A stretch of DNA of 62,419 nt, counting the filler, from Stramenopiles sp. TOSAG23-2 (taxonomy: Eukaryota): the NCBI GenBank assembly GCA_900128395.1. It is 7 parts of 7 records of this genome, joined end to end, with 100 filler letters (N's around TTAATTAATTAA, not from the genome) between each part and the next. Parts side by side here need not be neighbours in the genome. Positions count along the whole stretch, not along the records: positions 23,762 to 35,530 come from LT649901.1; positions 35,631 to 47,393 come from LT649902.1; 5 more parts are not named here. The stretch is one strand, 5' to 3'. Both the position numbers and the translations under genes were made by a program. The notes beneath the pieces are model-generated. The model saw nothing but the letters and a program-made list of their open reading frames with translations. It was not told the DNA's origin and did no database searches. Below, in pieces: positions 35,079 to 46,297 of the stretch. Position 1 is the first letter of the stretch; each line of letters starts with the position of its first letter.

Positions 35079-36166
35079 TTTATGGATTTATTTATATGTT
35101 TGCACTATTATTACTAGCTTATACTTTATTTATTTACACTCGTTTTTCTTTTTTTTTCAATTCAAATTGTACTAATCGTTATGATTGTTCTACGTTTATT
35201 TTCTTGTAGATGTTGTTTCTCCTTACATATCATATCTTGTATATTTTATATTAATCATGATTCATCTTGATAATATTATTTATATGTACTTATTATTGGA
35301 TTGTTGGATTATTGCCAACAGGATTGCTCGCTGCCTCATGTTAATGTTGCTTATCATTAATTTGCCTTTCGCACTTCTTTATTCTGCTTTCTGGATGATG
35401 AACGATGTGGTAGTTTTTCCTTCAGATTTCCAGAATAAAACTAAATATCATTACAACTCGCATATTTTGCATCAAATTTCATCATTTTCAACATTTTCAA
35501 CCTAAATTCTTCAATTTCATTGTTATGATGNNNNNNNNNNNNNNNNNNNNNNNNNNNNNNNNNNNNNNNNNNNNTTAATTAATTAANNNNNNNNNNNNNN
35601 NNNNNNNNNNNNNNNNNNNNNNNNNNNNNNAATAAAAATTATTCGAAAACTGAAAATTTAATTATTTAAGTGTTATAAATTTTAAAATCGGCAGATGGAG
35701 ATAGAGCATTTGAAGCGTTTGAACACCCCCCACCCCCACTACCCGACCACCCGACATAAAACGGAGCAGGCTATATTACATGTAATAACATACGGTATTA
35801 TAGGAATGTTTTGAGATACATCATTTATTAGTAACTAACGGTCTTCGATGAAAAATAAAATAAAACTCCTTAAAACTGAAACACACTTAAGCTACACCTT
35901 CACTTCACGTACTGTAACTTTCTGCTATACCAGGTATAAGCTGAGAGAGGTTCAACGACAACATTTTTAAAAAAAAAAAATTATACATGTTTTGTATTTT
36001 TGTTTTTACTGGTACACATTACCTGGTATTATTATTACTAGTATTATTTATAAAATAGTTTTAATACAATACATGTGGTAGAAATGTTATAAAATTGTAA
36101 ACAGAGACAGAAGGTAATATATATATATATTTAAAGGTTGTAAAGCAGAAAGAACAAATATAAAAA

Positions 36167-36598
36167 ATGGAAGAACCTAAAATCAATACGAATGGATTTT
36201 TATTGGCATCGTTTGGTGATTTGTCCACCTTGTCATCATTAGTAGATGCAGAAGGTTTTGACGTAAATTCTACGGATGGTAACGGTAGAAATGCATTGCA
36301 TTTAGCATCAAGAGCTGGGCATGAGAATTGTATAACGTATTTAATTGAGAAAGGTGTAGATACAAATGTAGTCGATAGGGAAGGTTTGACACCATTAATG
36401 CATGCAACTAATGCTGGTAATGATGCACAAGATAATGCCGGTAATACAGCATTGCATTTGGCCTCCTTATGTGGATTTCATTTAATATGTAAAACGTTAA
36501 TTGATGCAAATGCTGATAGTGGGATGACAAATGGTGCTGGAAAAGCCCCAAAAGATTTATGTATGAATGATGATACAGCGGCTGTATTTGCTGCTTAA
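36167..36598 (+). CDS. Small ankyrin-repeat protein
   Basis: DGNGRNALHLAS, DREGLTPLMHA, DNAGNTALHLAS. Confidence 0.9.
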   Translation: MEEPKINTNGFLLASFGDLSTLSSLVDAEGFDVNSTDGNGRNALHLASRAGHENCITYLIEKGVDTNVVDREGLTPLMHATNAGNDAQDNAGNTALHLASLCGFHLICKTLIDANADSGMTNGAGKAPKDLCMNDDTAAVFAA

Positions 36599-37068
36599 GA
36601 TTAAAAAGGAAAAAACTGTGGAGGATTTTATTTGTTTAAATAAATAAATTAAACGAAAGTTTTATATCGTTCTAGTCAAAAATTAAACACGTTTTTTTAA
36701 TAAAAAAATACTCGTAAAATATTATCATATAACACACAATATATTATTTATATATAAAATGATGGTTAAAATCTTTTAAAAGTTAATATTTAAATAATTT
36801 TTACTTTCCCGTGCTAGCCCTAAGGCTAGGTAATATGCTCAATACTCAATCCCAAGGGAATAATATTCTATCCTAATTTAGTAAAGCTCTAATACACCTC
36901 TGCAAACTAATACACACACATTTATTATCATTATATACATATGAGTAAGAGAAAAACACATATATCAGGAGAGTAAGAGAAAAACACATATATCAGGAGA
37001 GCATTTTAATAAAATCTCCAATCGCCCTATAAAATTTTAAATCCATACCATATTTTTTTAATTTATTC

Positions 37069-38673
37069 TCAACACTGGCTTTTTTCATTTCCAAGAAACC
37101 ATTTTTTATCAGCTAAAATAACAGATGCATCCATTTGTTTTTTCCTATGTTCTGATGTAGGATCATTCAACGTACCAAGTCCTTCACAGAACCAATACGT
37201 GCGTAATAATCTGTTTTTTTCTTCCACATTCTCAATTAACTTAAAATCATTCTTTTCATAAAATCGTATTGCCCAATCACCTTTCATCCACGTACCAATT
37301 AAAATTGGTCTTTCATTTTGATAAAATATACAATATGCTAATAATTTACGTCCAATTCCTTGACCTTGATAAGCAGTTTTTGTATATGCATGTCGAATCA
37401 AGATGACATCGGGTGAATTTGGATCTTCCACTTCTCGTGGTTGTATTCCCATAACTCCTAAAATTTCATTATTATTTAAAACATTTTCAGCTACAAAAAA
37501 AGTAATCCCAGCATTTTCAATATCATTTTTCAATTCATCCTCTGGCATATATGGTTCCGTGTATTCATCTACAACGCTTTTGTATGCAATAGAAGCATCA
37601 TTTATAACTTGAAGAATATCTTGGAAATCTTTTGTAGTTGATTTTCTTATTTTTATCTCAATCGATGGTGATTCTTTTCGATTTTCATCTCCATTATTAT
37701 TATTATCATTATTACTACTACTATTAATACTACTATTATTATTATTATTATTATTATTATCTCCATTTTTTTTAGGTATATCGCAAACAATTGGTTTTTG
37801 AGATGCCATATAACTATAATTACATGAACTTGCATTAATAAATGTTGTTGTACCATTTGTTGTTGTCCCATAATCTTCATGTATATGACCAAATATATGT
37901 ATTATTGGTTTCACACGTTTTTGTACATGGCGTAATAAATCAAAGCAACCAGCTCGAAAGCCATTTTTGCATTTATCTCCATGTCCTAATGGTGGTCCAT
38001 GTGTTATTAATATATCAGTATCATCTGGTATTTTAACCCAATGGTCATCACATTTTTTACCACGTGTTAAATTGAATGCCCAATTGCAAAATTCAGGTTG
38101 ATATGGTGATCCAAAAAATTTATAACCTTCAATTTCAACAGTATCTTCTTCCAAATATATTAAATTTTTACAAGAACGTATAATCTCAATGCCTTTATCG
38201 CCTACATTCCTACGACGTAACCCTAATCCTCTCCAACTATTATCGTTACGATACCATTCTGGGTCTAACGTTAAGTCATGATTGCCTGCGATAACAATTT
38301 TATATTGAAAAGGCAATGTACTAAACCAATTACAAAAGTCTTTAATTTGTTTGATTTCACCCGTATTTGTAAAATCACCAGCATGAATGATAATATCGCC
38401 ATCTGGCAACATATTATTTTCTGTTAACTTTCGATGTTTACCATGAGTATCTGAGATTGTTACAATTCTTAAATGATTATTTGGGCATTTGGTTTCACCA
38501 ATTTGAAATTCTGTACGTTTAAAAAAATCTTCTCCAAAATGTGCTCGAAGTTTTCCATAAGCATTTATATGGTCTTTTGACCAATTATAATCTTGTTGAA
38601 AATTATACAATCTATTTAATGCCTTTTCATCTCTTGGTACTTCTGGTTTTAAATCCATGGTCCAGGAGCTCAT
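37069..38673 (-). CDS. MPPED1/2-like metallophosphoesterase fused to a GNAT acetyltransferase
   Basis: ISDTH, IHAGDFT, IAGNHD, LITHGPP, HIFGHIHE; poly-N linker; EPYM..EL, GVMGIQ, LIRHAY...QGQGIGRKLL, ILIGTW...WAIRFYEKNDF. Confidence 0.88.
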   Translation of the reverse strand: MSSWTMDLKPEVPRDEKALNRLYNFQQDYNWSKDHINAYGKLRAHFGEDFFKRTEFQIGETKCPNNHLRIVTISDTHGKHRKLTENNMLPDGDIIIHAGDFTNTGEIKQIKDFCNWFSTLPFQYKIVIAGNHDLTLDPEWYRNDNSWRGLGLRRRNVGDKGIEIIRSCKNLIYLEEDTVEIEGYKFFGSPYQPEFCNWAFNLTRGKKCDDHWVKIPDDTDILITHGPPLGHGDKCKNGFRAGCFDLLRHVQKRVKPIIHIFGHIHEDYGTTTNGTTTFINASSCNYSYMASQKPIVCDIPKKNGDNNNNNNNNSSINSSSNNDNNNNGDENRKESPSIEIKIRKSTTKDFQDILQVINDASIAYKSVVDEYTEPYMPEDELKNDIENAGITFFVAENVLNNNEILGVMGIQPREVEDPNSPDVILIRHAYTKTAYQGQGIGRKLLAYCIFYQNERPILIGTWMKGDWAIRFYEKNDFKLIENVEEKNRLLRTYWFCEGLGTLNDPTSEHRKKQMDASVILADKKWFLGNEKSQC

Positions 38674-38893
38674 GTTGGTATAGCAGAGATGATAATACTA
38701 GTATCGTGATGCCGTATGTGTTTTTGTTGCATTACTTTTACATTTTATTTTTTTGATCTTTCTATAGTGTATCTTTTTGCATGCCTGTGTGGGGCTTTGC
38801 TTGGTTGCCTTTTGTGCATATATGCAAATATGCCAGTGTATGCACATGATTTTTTATGTTGATGACCTCCGCTCGCAGTGCTACCCCTTCTTT

Positions 38894-39107
38894 AAAACGT
38901 GTCAAAACTGTACAAACAGTGTCAAAACTGTACTTTTAAAGATGTTCACTATGGGGAAAATATTCATCATTTTTCTGTGTTTTCGGATATTTTCTATTTT
39001 TCCCAAAATATATGAAAAATAAAATTGGCATTTTAGAAAATGATATATATACATATTTCCCATAGTGAATATTGTTATTTTGTTAGTGCACAGTTTTGAC
39101 ACGGTTT
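38894..39107. mobile_element. Foldback/MITE-like inverted-repeat element
   Basis: CGTGTCAAAACTGT (38898) pairs with ACAGTTTTGACACG (39090-39103); inner TTCACTATGGG (38945) pairs with CCCATAGTGAA (39059). Confidence 0.55.
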
Positions 39108-39330
39108 AGTAAATTTAGAGGATGGGTGATAAAAGTGGTACGTAAGTGCTACACAATAATTATTCTGTACCCAGAGGTACGGGCCTTTTAAATTTTAAAA
39201 AGAAAGAAGAACCACAAATGTGTATAGATCTAATATATATGGTGGTATGAATACAACATATCCCCATATTATTGATACATACCTTTTAAAGACAAAGAAC
39301 AACCGAACAACCAACAAGACGAAAACAATA

Positions 39331-39945
39331 ATGAGCAAATCAACAAAAGTAGAAGGAAGAAAAAAACGCTTGTTTTCATTGCGTTTGAAAATGAATGCAT
39401 GTAGAAAAGCAAACCGTGAAGCAGTTATTAATGAAGCAAAATTATTGCAAGATAAAAATGTAAATAGAAGAAAACGACAGGAGGATTATGAATATTTAGT
39501 CAAAACATGGAAAGATGCTATGGATCATGTTGGTATAAAGGATGATGAATCCTATTTAGTCGAACCTGCATTTGAAGCACATCGTAAACTCAGTAAAAAA
39601 AAAATAAAAGCAGCTAAAGCAAATAATAATTTTGGTTGGAACCAATTTAATGCAGATGCTATGTATAAAGGACATGAAAAACGTGTAAAAGCAGCATTTT
39701 CCAAACGTAGAAAATCAAATAATGGTAATGCTATTTCAAGTAGTGGTTTAGATCGTATGGCTGAAGAAGTTAAAGAAAGGAAAGCAATACGAGCGAATTT
39801 CAGTCGTAGACGACAACAATATGACGAAGAAGATGTTAATTATATTAATGAACGTAATCGAGGTTTTAATAAAAAATTAGATAGAGCATATAATCAATAT
39901 ACAGTAGAAACAAGGCAAAATTTAGAACGTGGAACAGCATTGTAA
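39331..39945 (+). CDS. SYF2: Pre-mRNA splicing factor SYF2
   Basis: LFSLRLKMNACRKAN, FGWNQFN, FSRRR..DVNYINERNRGFNKKLDRAYNQYTVETRQNLERGTAL; likely ATG at 39331. Confidence 0.95.
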   Translation: MSKSTKVEGRKKRLFSLRLKMNACRKANREAVINEAKLLQDKNVNRRKRQEDYEYLVKTWKDAMDHVGIKDDESYLVEPAFEAHRKLSKKKIKAAKANNNFGWNQFNADAMYKGHEKRVKAAFSKRRKSNNGNAISSSGLDRMAEEVKERKAIRANFSRRRQQYDEEDVNYINERNRGFNKKLDRAYNQYTVETRQNLERGTAL

Positions 39946-40202
39946 TTTTTTGCCATTGCAGAAAATATATAATATATAACGAACTCGGTAAAATATAAAA
40001 AAGGCAAATATACATATATACATGCACAAAGAGAGAATTAAATGTAAAAATATGTATATATATATATGTATTATATATATATATATAATATCTAGAAAGT
40101 TGATTACTACGCTCGTACTCTCTTCGTAACTTTTGTATACGATCGTATATTACACACGCACACACACGTTCAATGACAGCAGGAAAAAAAAAATATCGTT
40201 TT

Positions 40203-41993
40203 TTACAACTTTGAGTTTGCTGTAAATGCTGGTATTAATAATTCACTTACTACAGGTTTTGGATTTGGAAATGTAATAAATGTTTTCATCGTATCTTCAA
40301 CTTCTTCCCATAAATAAGGAACTGCATCTTCATCTCCTGACATACATTTACAACAATATTTCCACCATTCTTTATTTTCATTTATATATTCATCAAAACT
40401 ATAACGACGTCGTATATTTCGATGCACTTCAATTTTATGATAATCAAATCGTTCTCTTAACTCTGGAACTTCATGAATTATATTAGAAATGGAAAGACCC
40501 ATTGAAATACCAAAACTACGACCTAATGGTACTTTTGCAATATGTTTTCCTGCAATTAACTCTTTCAATTTATCTGGATTGGCTTGAAAATATGAAAATA
40601 TTTCCGTTTGAAAGGCTGCGAAATATGGTGCGCTTGCTAATAATGTTGGAGAATTGTCTCGGGTCTTTACATCAAAGCCTTGTTCATATAAATTTTTAAT
40701 TTCTGATTTTGTAGGCGTTGGACGTTCTGCTTTCATTAACCATGCACGATTGCCTAAAAAACTTGGTTCGTACATATGATCATGTGGCAACACGTCTTGT
40801 AGCCAATTTGCATCTTGTTTAAATCCTAGATTTTTCATTATAATATCACCATGAATCTTTTCTCCATCTTTTGTTAAAAGATGATCTCTTCCACATTTCT
40901 CAATATCACCACGAATAACTGTAATTTTACCAAGAGCATATCCAACAAAAAAAGCATCTGACATAGTCGGTAAGGTTTTTCGATCTCGCTCCGATTCACT
41001 ACCAAATATTTGCAACAAATTGGTTCCACCCTCTTCTTGGAATTTTCTCAATTCATCTGGTAATGCTTCTTCCGCATGACATTTTTCATACCCAGTTAAG
41101 AAAATCCGTCGTAATGAATTTAATTCATTTAATGTTTTCACTATTCGAAATGGTCTTTGTAATATTTTACCAACAAAATTTAATCCTGTGGAAATATTTT
41201 GTCCAAACGTAGTATTTTTACGTCTCTCCGTTGCTTCTTTTACTGTCATTGTTTTTGATTCCATTGCCCAATTCATGTACGCAAAAATTTTAGGCAATAT
41301 AATATTTCGACTTCTTACAACAAATGTTACATGGGATGCACCACGAAATAGACATTCGCGTGCATTTTCAATTGCAAATGCACCCATTCCAACGATAAGT
41401 ACATGTTTACCTTTCACCTTTAATTTATCTGGTTCACCTTTCAGTCCATAAATAATTGGTCCATTAAAATGTTCTTCGCCAATATATGTTTCGCGTACTG
41501 GTTCTCTTAATCCACCACTGGAAAATATGACATGATCGGCTTCTGTTATTTTTGTTTGTACATCGCCATTTACTTGTTTCGTGTCATAATGAATAAAAAC
41601 TTTATCATCAATATTATCAACCTTTGTACAAGTGGAATTGACATATATTTTATTCTCTCCATTTCGTAATAATTGATTTACAATTTCATTTAAATTTTCC
41701 AATACTTCTTCTTGTTGTGTGAAATCTGTTGCTATTTTTCCAGGTATCAGCCTGTAGCCAGGTTCTAATATTTGTACACGACTACCTTTGTTTGCAGCGG
41801 TGAACCATACACCACCAATATTACTTTCTTTTTCAATTATAGTTACCGTCGCACCTCGTTTCGAGACTAAATATGCACTATGCAACCCCATTACACCAGC
41901 ACCTACATAGCAGATATGCATACCAGTTAAGTCTTCAACATTTGGTAAGGATTCTTTTGTATTAAACATTCCTTTTGAGGAGGAAGTAGGCAT
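40203..41993 (-). CDS. Flavin-containing monooxygenase-like oxidoreductase
   Basis: FAD motif VGAGVMG, IGGVW, second Rossmann motif VLIVGMGAFAIEN. Confidence 0.8.
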   Translation of the reverse strand: MPTSSSKGMFNTKESLPNVEDLTGMHICYVGAGVMGLHSAYLVSKRGATVTIIEKESNIGGVWFTAANKGSRVQILEPGYRLIPGKIATDFTQQEEVLENLNEIVNQLLRNGENKIYVNSTCTKVDNIDDKVFIHYDTKQVNGDVQTKITEADHVIFSSGGLREPVRETYIGEEHFNGPIIYGLKGEPDKLKVKGKHVLIVGMGAFAIENARECLFRGASHVTFVVRSRNIILPKIFAYMNWAMESKTMTVKEATERRKNTTFGQNISTGLNFVGKILQRPFRIVKTLNELNSLRRIFLTGYEKCHAEEALPDELRKFQEEGGTNLLQIFGSESERDRKTLPTMSDAFFVGYALGKITVIRGDIEKCGRDHLLTKDGEKIHGDIIMKNLGFKQDANWLQDVLPHDHMYEPSFLGNRAWLMKAERPTPTKSEIKNLYEQGFDVKTRDNSPTLLASAPYFAAFQTEIFSYFQANPDKLKELIAGKHIAKVPLGRSFGISMGLSISNIIHEVPELRERFDYHKIEVHRNIRRRYSFDEYINENKEWWKYCCKCMSGDEDAVPYLWEEVEDTMKTFITFPNPKPVVSELLIPAFTANSKL

Positions 41994-42699
41994 TCTTATA
42001 TATATATATATAGACGATGTAATAATGTTTGCTATATTTCAATATTAGTTTGTTCTTTTTTCTGTGGATTCTTCTATTCTTTTCTATAACCTATAATGTT
42101 TCCATCTTTTTAATTTGTGTGTAAGTTTGTAAGTTTGTGTTTGTTTAATTTAGACAGTTAGACACAGATAGAAGACGAGCACACGGCCGGCACAATGATG
42201 TGCCAATAAATAAAAAAAAGCAGCAGCTTTTTCACCGATCATCCAGCAGCATCACATCATCGAATTCGATTTCTTTTAAAGAGACCCTTAATAAAGTGCG
42301 AAGTCTTCTTGTACTGTAGCGTTTTGTGTATAGGCTCAGTGGTGGCCTGTGAGACTACACTATCTGGTTGAACGTGTTATTTTAAGGTTTTAAATTATAT
42401 CCTTTTTTCCAGTGCTATTTAGATATAGCTAGAATATAGTAGCCTGTGGGTAGCTTAAGCCTTAAGCTCTAGTCCAAACAAAAAATCAAGAGTCCATCCA
42501 ACCTTATCAATTTATACTGTATTAGATATTTTTTAAAATTAAAAATATTAAAAAATATATTACTTCGTATGCATTATATATATATAATACACTAACACTC
42601 CCTCATCGATAATGTCAAAGTGCTCTTCACATTTAATTTTTCTCTCTAGAGATATTATATCATCACATATCATACCAAATATATTTTTAAATAAATATA

Positions 42700-42790
42700 T
42701 CTCTGCTCTCAAGAATTTATTTCCATTATTTTATTTTATAAAAAAAACAACAACATATTTTCAAAATAAATTCTATCATAGACTTCAAAT
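42700..42790 (-). promoter_or_regulatory. SECIS element candidate in the 3'UTR of the DsbA/FrnE gene
   Basis: Minus strand: ATGAT (42779-42775), arm AGAATTTATTTT, unpaired AAAA, apical AT-rich stem, complementary arm GAAATAAATTCT, then TGAG (42711-42708); AUGA/GA core with 12-bp helix II. Confidence 0.75.
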
Positions 42791-42852
42791 TTCATTCTTC
42801 CACGCGTTAGTATATACATTCGAACGAGATATTAGCTATTTTTTTATAATTT

Positions 42853-43515
42853 TTAAGAAGACGTTACTTCATCAAAAACTTCTAATAATGTCTCCGCATC
42901 TTGCGCACCACTTAAAGAAAATTTTTCATCGATTATAAACATTGGAACACCTCTACAACCACGGCCATACATTTGTAATTCATTTATTGTTTCTTGTCGA
43001 TACAAGTGTTTATCTTGTACAATTTTTGATGCATCAATACCAGCGCGTTTACCACATTCAAGCAATACTTCTGCTTCACCTAAACTTTTTTCCTCCTCAA
43101 AATACGCTTTAAATAACGATTCTACAACTTTATCTTGTAATTCACTACCACCTTCTTCTCTTGCTTGATATATTAACCTATGTGAATCAAGCGTATTACC
43201 AACATAACCACCATATGAAAAGTTAATATTATGCTTTTTACCAACTGATTCCATTCTTGGTACCATTGCAGCTACACGATCTGCTCCAAACTTTTTTTTA
43301 TACATATCCAATTTATTGACACCTTTACCTTCAGGTGCTTGTGCATTAAGTTGAAATGGCCTCCATCTTATATCAAAATCTAACGTTGGCATTTTCGTTT
43401 TTGCAATGTCAATTGCTTCTTCTAAACGTCGTTTACCGACAAAACACCATGGTCACACTGTATCTGATACAATGTCAATAAGTACTTTTCGTTGTTTCGT
43501 TGCAATTGCTGACAT
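42853..43515 (-). CDS. DsbA/FrnE-family thiol oxidoreductase, selenoprotein (UxxC), 220 aa
   Basis: ATG 43515: MSAIATKQRKVLIDIVSDTV-TGA(43455-43453)-PWCFVGKRRLEEA continues in frame into WRPFQLN...NTLDSHRLI...LFKAYFEE...GVPMFII...LSGAQ. Confidence 0.88.
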
Positions 43516-43839
43516 GGTTATTGTTTTGTTTGTTGTGTAGTTAATTAGTTAGTTAGCTATTGTTATATATATAATATATTTATCTTCTTATTTCTTTAGT
43601 TATTATATATAAATATTTATTTTTATAAAAATGCATGCTCAATAATTTCCATCCAAGAAAAAAATAAGGCATGAAAAAATTTTTTATTTTGGTAAGATCT
43701 AGAAAGAATGTTTGATAGTGATATACGGGTAAATTGTACTTAAAGTATATGAAATTAGTTATTTGGCGATTTACTCTCAGGAAAGGAAGTAAATAAGTAA
43801 GTATATTTGTACACCCTCACACTAACACATTTTATTATA

Positions 43840-44988
43840 TTACAATAAACTTCCATCTTCCCAATTATCCATTGTCCATCCAAATTTATTTAAAATGTTT
43901 TCTTTTTGCGCGATGGTAATTCGATTTTTCAATATAAATTCACGTACATTCTTTTTATCAGTTGGTAACAACATGGAACTAGTCGTCTTTTCATTATAAG
44001 TTGCAATTGCTTTTTCAATCATACTTTCCAATTTATATAATTTATCAACAATATTTGAATGGATTTCTTTTTCATGTTTATGTCTACGTTCCCTACGCAA
44101 ACCTTGTATTAATTCAACATATAATGCATGTAAAACAGCACTTTCAATTTCTTTATCTTCATGCATTACATTTGCTAAATGATCCGTATTCCATTTAACA
44201 ATAGTTGAATCTGTTGCGGCTACAATACGATTTGGGTATGCTTTTAATCTGACTGTATTATCAACCAATGCGGTGCCACCAATAACACATCCATTGCATC
44301 CATCTCCCCGATAGGTATATAAAATTTCTTTGCTCAATGGATCCTCCGCTGCTGCTTCCCCTTTATGTATTAAAATTACATCATTTAATGGATTGTTTGG
44401 TTCTACAATGGTTTGGCCCTTTTCAATATATTGAAATGTACAACCTTCACTATCAACTAATTTTTTAAATTGACGAGGGTCAACACCCCAATCTTTAAAA
44501 TGTGCAGTATACAATAACATTTCATCATGTGTGTAAGTTATTTTTTCGCTACGTTCTAAATATAATTGGTATAACTGGTATACATTAACACCTGCAAATA
44601 CTAATCCCCATAAAACAGCATTTATTTGTTTAGGTTTTCTTGTTAAATTATATGTTATTCCACATGCACTCCCAACAACTGATAATGAACGTAAATACAT
44701 AACATCAGTCATCATAAAACCTGTTAAAGAGGCAATTGCACCAAAATTCATTATTATTTTACCTGGATCAGTTTTTGCTTCTTTCACTACGCGTGTTATT
44801 ACTGACTCACCAGAACCTAATGTCATAAATGTCCGGCGAGGCTTGAAAAATTTATTATTAGACGTAGCATAATTATTATTAGTATTACTACTACTACAAA
44901 CGGTTTTATTGTTAAATTTTAAAACATGATGACGTTGTTGTTTTACCATGCTCGAAGATATACTACTACTAATGCGTTTTAAAAACAT
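43840..44988 (-). CDS. Popeye-domain (cyclic-nucleotide-binding fold) membrane protein with presequence-like N-terminus
   Basis: TDVMYLRSLSVVG, WGLVFAGVNVYQLYQLYLER, EMLLY..HF..GV.PRQFKKL, then a cNMP-binding-like beta region. Confidence 0.78.
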   Translation of the reverse strand: MFLKRISSSISSSMVKQQRHHVLKFNNKTVCSSSNTNNNYATSNNKFFKPRRTFMTLGSGESVITRVVKEAKTDPGKIIMNFGAIASLTGFMMTDVMYLRSLSVVGSACGITYNLTRKPKQINAVLWGLVFAGVNVYQLYQLYLERSEKITYTHDEMLLYTAHFKDWGVDPRQFKKLVDSEGCTFQYIEKGQTIVEPNNPLNDVILIHKGEAAAEDPLSKEILYTYRGDGCNGCVIGGTALVDNTVRLKAYPNRIVAATDSTIVKWNTDHLANVMHEDKEIESAVLHALYVELIQGLRRERRHKHEKEIHSNIVDKLYKLESMIEKAIATYNEKTTSSMLLPTDKKNVREFILKNRITIAQKENILNKFGWTMDNWEDGSLL

Positions 44989-45713
44989 ATTAATTGTTTA
45001 TTTTTTTGAAATATTTTGATTTTATTAATTATAATAATCTTTAAATAATACTAATTAAATAATATATATAAGATATGGAAAATGAAAAAAAAAGATGGGA
45101 AAATGTATGAAATATCTGGTATTGCATATCCCTCGCTATATATATGTGTCTTTTATATATATATATATATGTCTCTCAACCGAATATTGTATATTTATAT
45201 TGCATAGAGAGACGACTCCGATCTTATTTGTCGTAATAAAAAGAAATTTAAATTAATAAAATAGATATTAGTCAATAGATAGTCAATAGATATGTTAATG
45301 TGGTGGCCAATAATTCCATTCTTCAACATATTTTAAGGTTAAAAAACAGCTTCGGAGTTGTTATTTTTACCACACTATGTGATATGCAAGCAGGAAGTTT
45401 ATTAAATGTTTTACATGATAGATATTATCCTTAATTAATTAATCCTAAAAAACTCTGTTTCTTTTCTGCTATCTTCTACCGACCCTGCTGGCCTGTGCCT
45501 ACATTTACATTATTAAATTAACGTGTTAAGCTATATATCAAATATTAGTTATTATAATATATAATAATATATTTAACTAGATATATATATATCATATTTG
45601 GATGTTATATATATATATATATGTTTCTCTCTATGTGCATGTAGAAAACAAATAAGTAATATTTAGCAATCGTTGAATGTAGAATAAATTATAAAAGAAA
45701 TATTTCTTTAAAG

Positions 45714-45980
45714 ATGGGAAGGAATAAAAATAAACATCAACAAAAAAAGAAATTAACTAGATTGGAAAAAACGAAACAAGCCCACCCTGATAATTTTGGT
45801 CCACGGTATTATAAACATGATGAATTCACGACGAAAAAACGTTTGATCATTGATTTTTGTAAAGATTATATTTTAATAACATTGTTTGGCTTCTTAGCAT
45901 TGTTGTATGTCGGTTTCTTCGAATCAGAGGAATATGAATATTTATTATCAAAGATTTTCGGTCCATCTGATGATAAATAA
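45714..45980 (+). CDS. Small single-pass membrane protein, unknown function
   Basis: 88-aa ATG ORF with basic N-terminus and one hydrophobic helix. Confidence 0.5.
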   Translation: MGRNKNKHQQKKKLTRLEKTKQAHPDNFGPRYYKHDEFTTKKRLIIDFCKDYILITLFGFLALLYVGFFESEEYEYLLSKIFGPSDDK

Positions 45981-46297
45981 GAATCATATTTTATTATTCA
46001 TTATATTAATAATATCATTGGACTGGTATGCCTGGACGAATAAATCTTTGTTTTTGTGTGTGGTGCGTCAATAACAACTGTGTAAATATTTTATTAATTA
46101 CACGCGAGACGCGTAAAAACTAATTTTTGCCTCTCTCTCTCTTTACTTTTCATTAAATCAACTCAGCAGTGTAAGAACAAGTTATTTATACCATATAATA
46201 TGTATATTAATTTTTTATATTCCGTAGTACGCAGTACGAAACACACACACACACACATTAATTTTTAATTTTTTTTTTTACGGCTCTCTCTTTACTC

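Noticed and set aside
43453-43455. Genome-wide UGA reassignment
   Set aside because: TGA terminates CPSF1, ICT1, MPPED-GNAT and the cyanophycinase-like gene at expected C-termini; Sec explains this site better
25201-44988. cAMP gene cluster (cyclase, MPPED phosphodiesterase-like, Popeye)
   Set aside because: The cyclase is on a different contig; the other two are separated by unrelated genes
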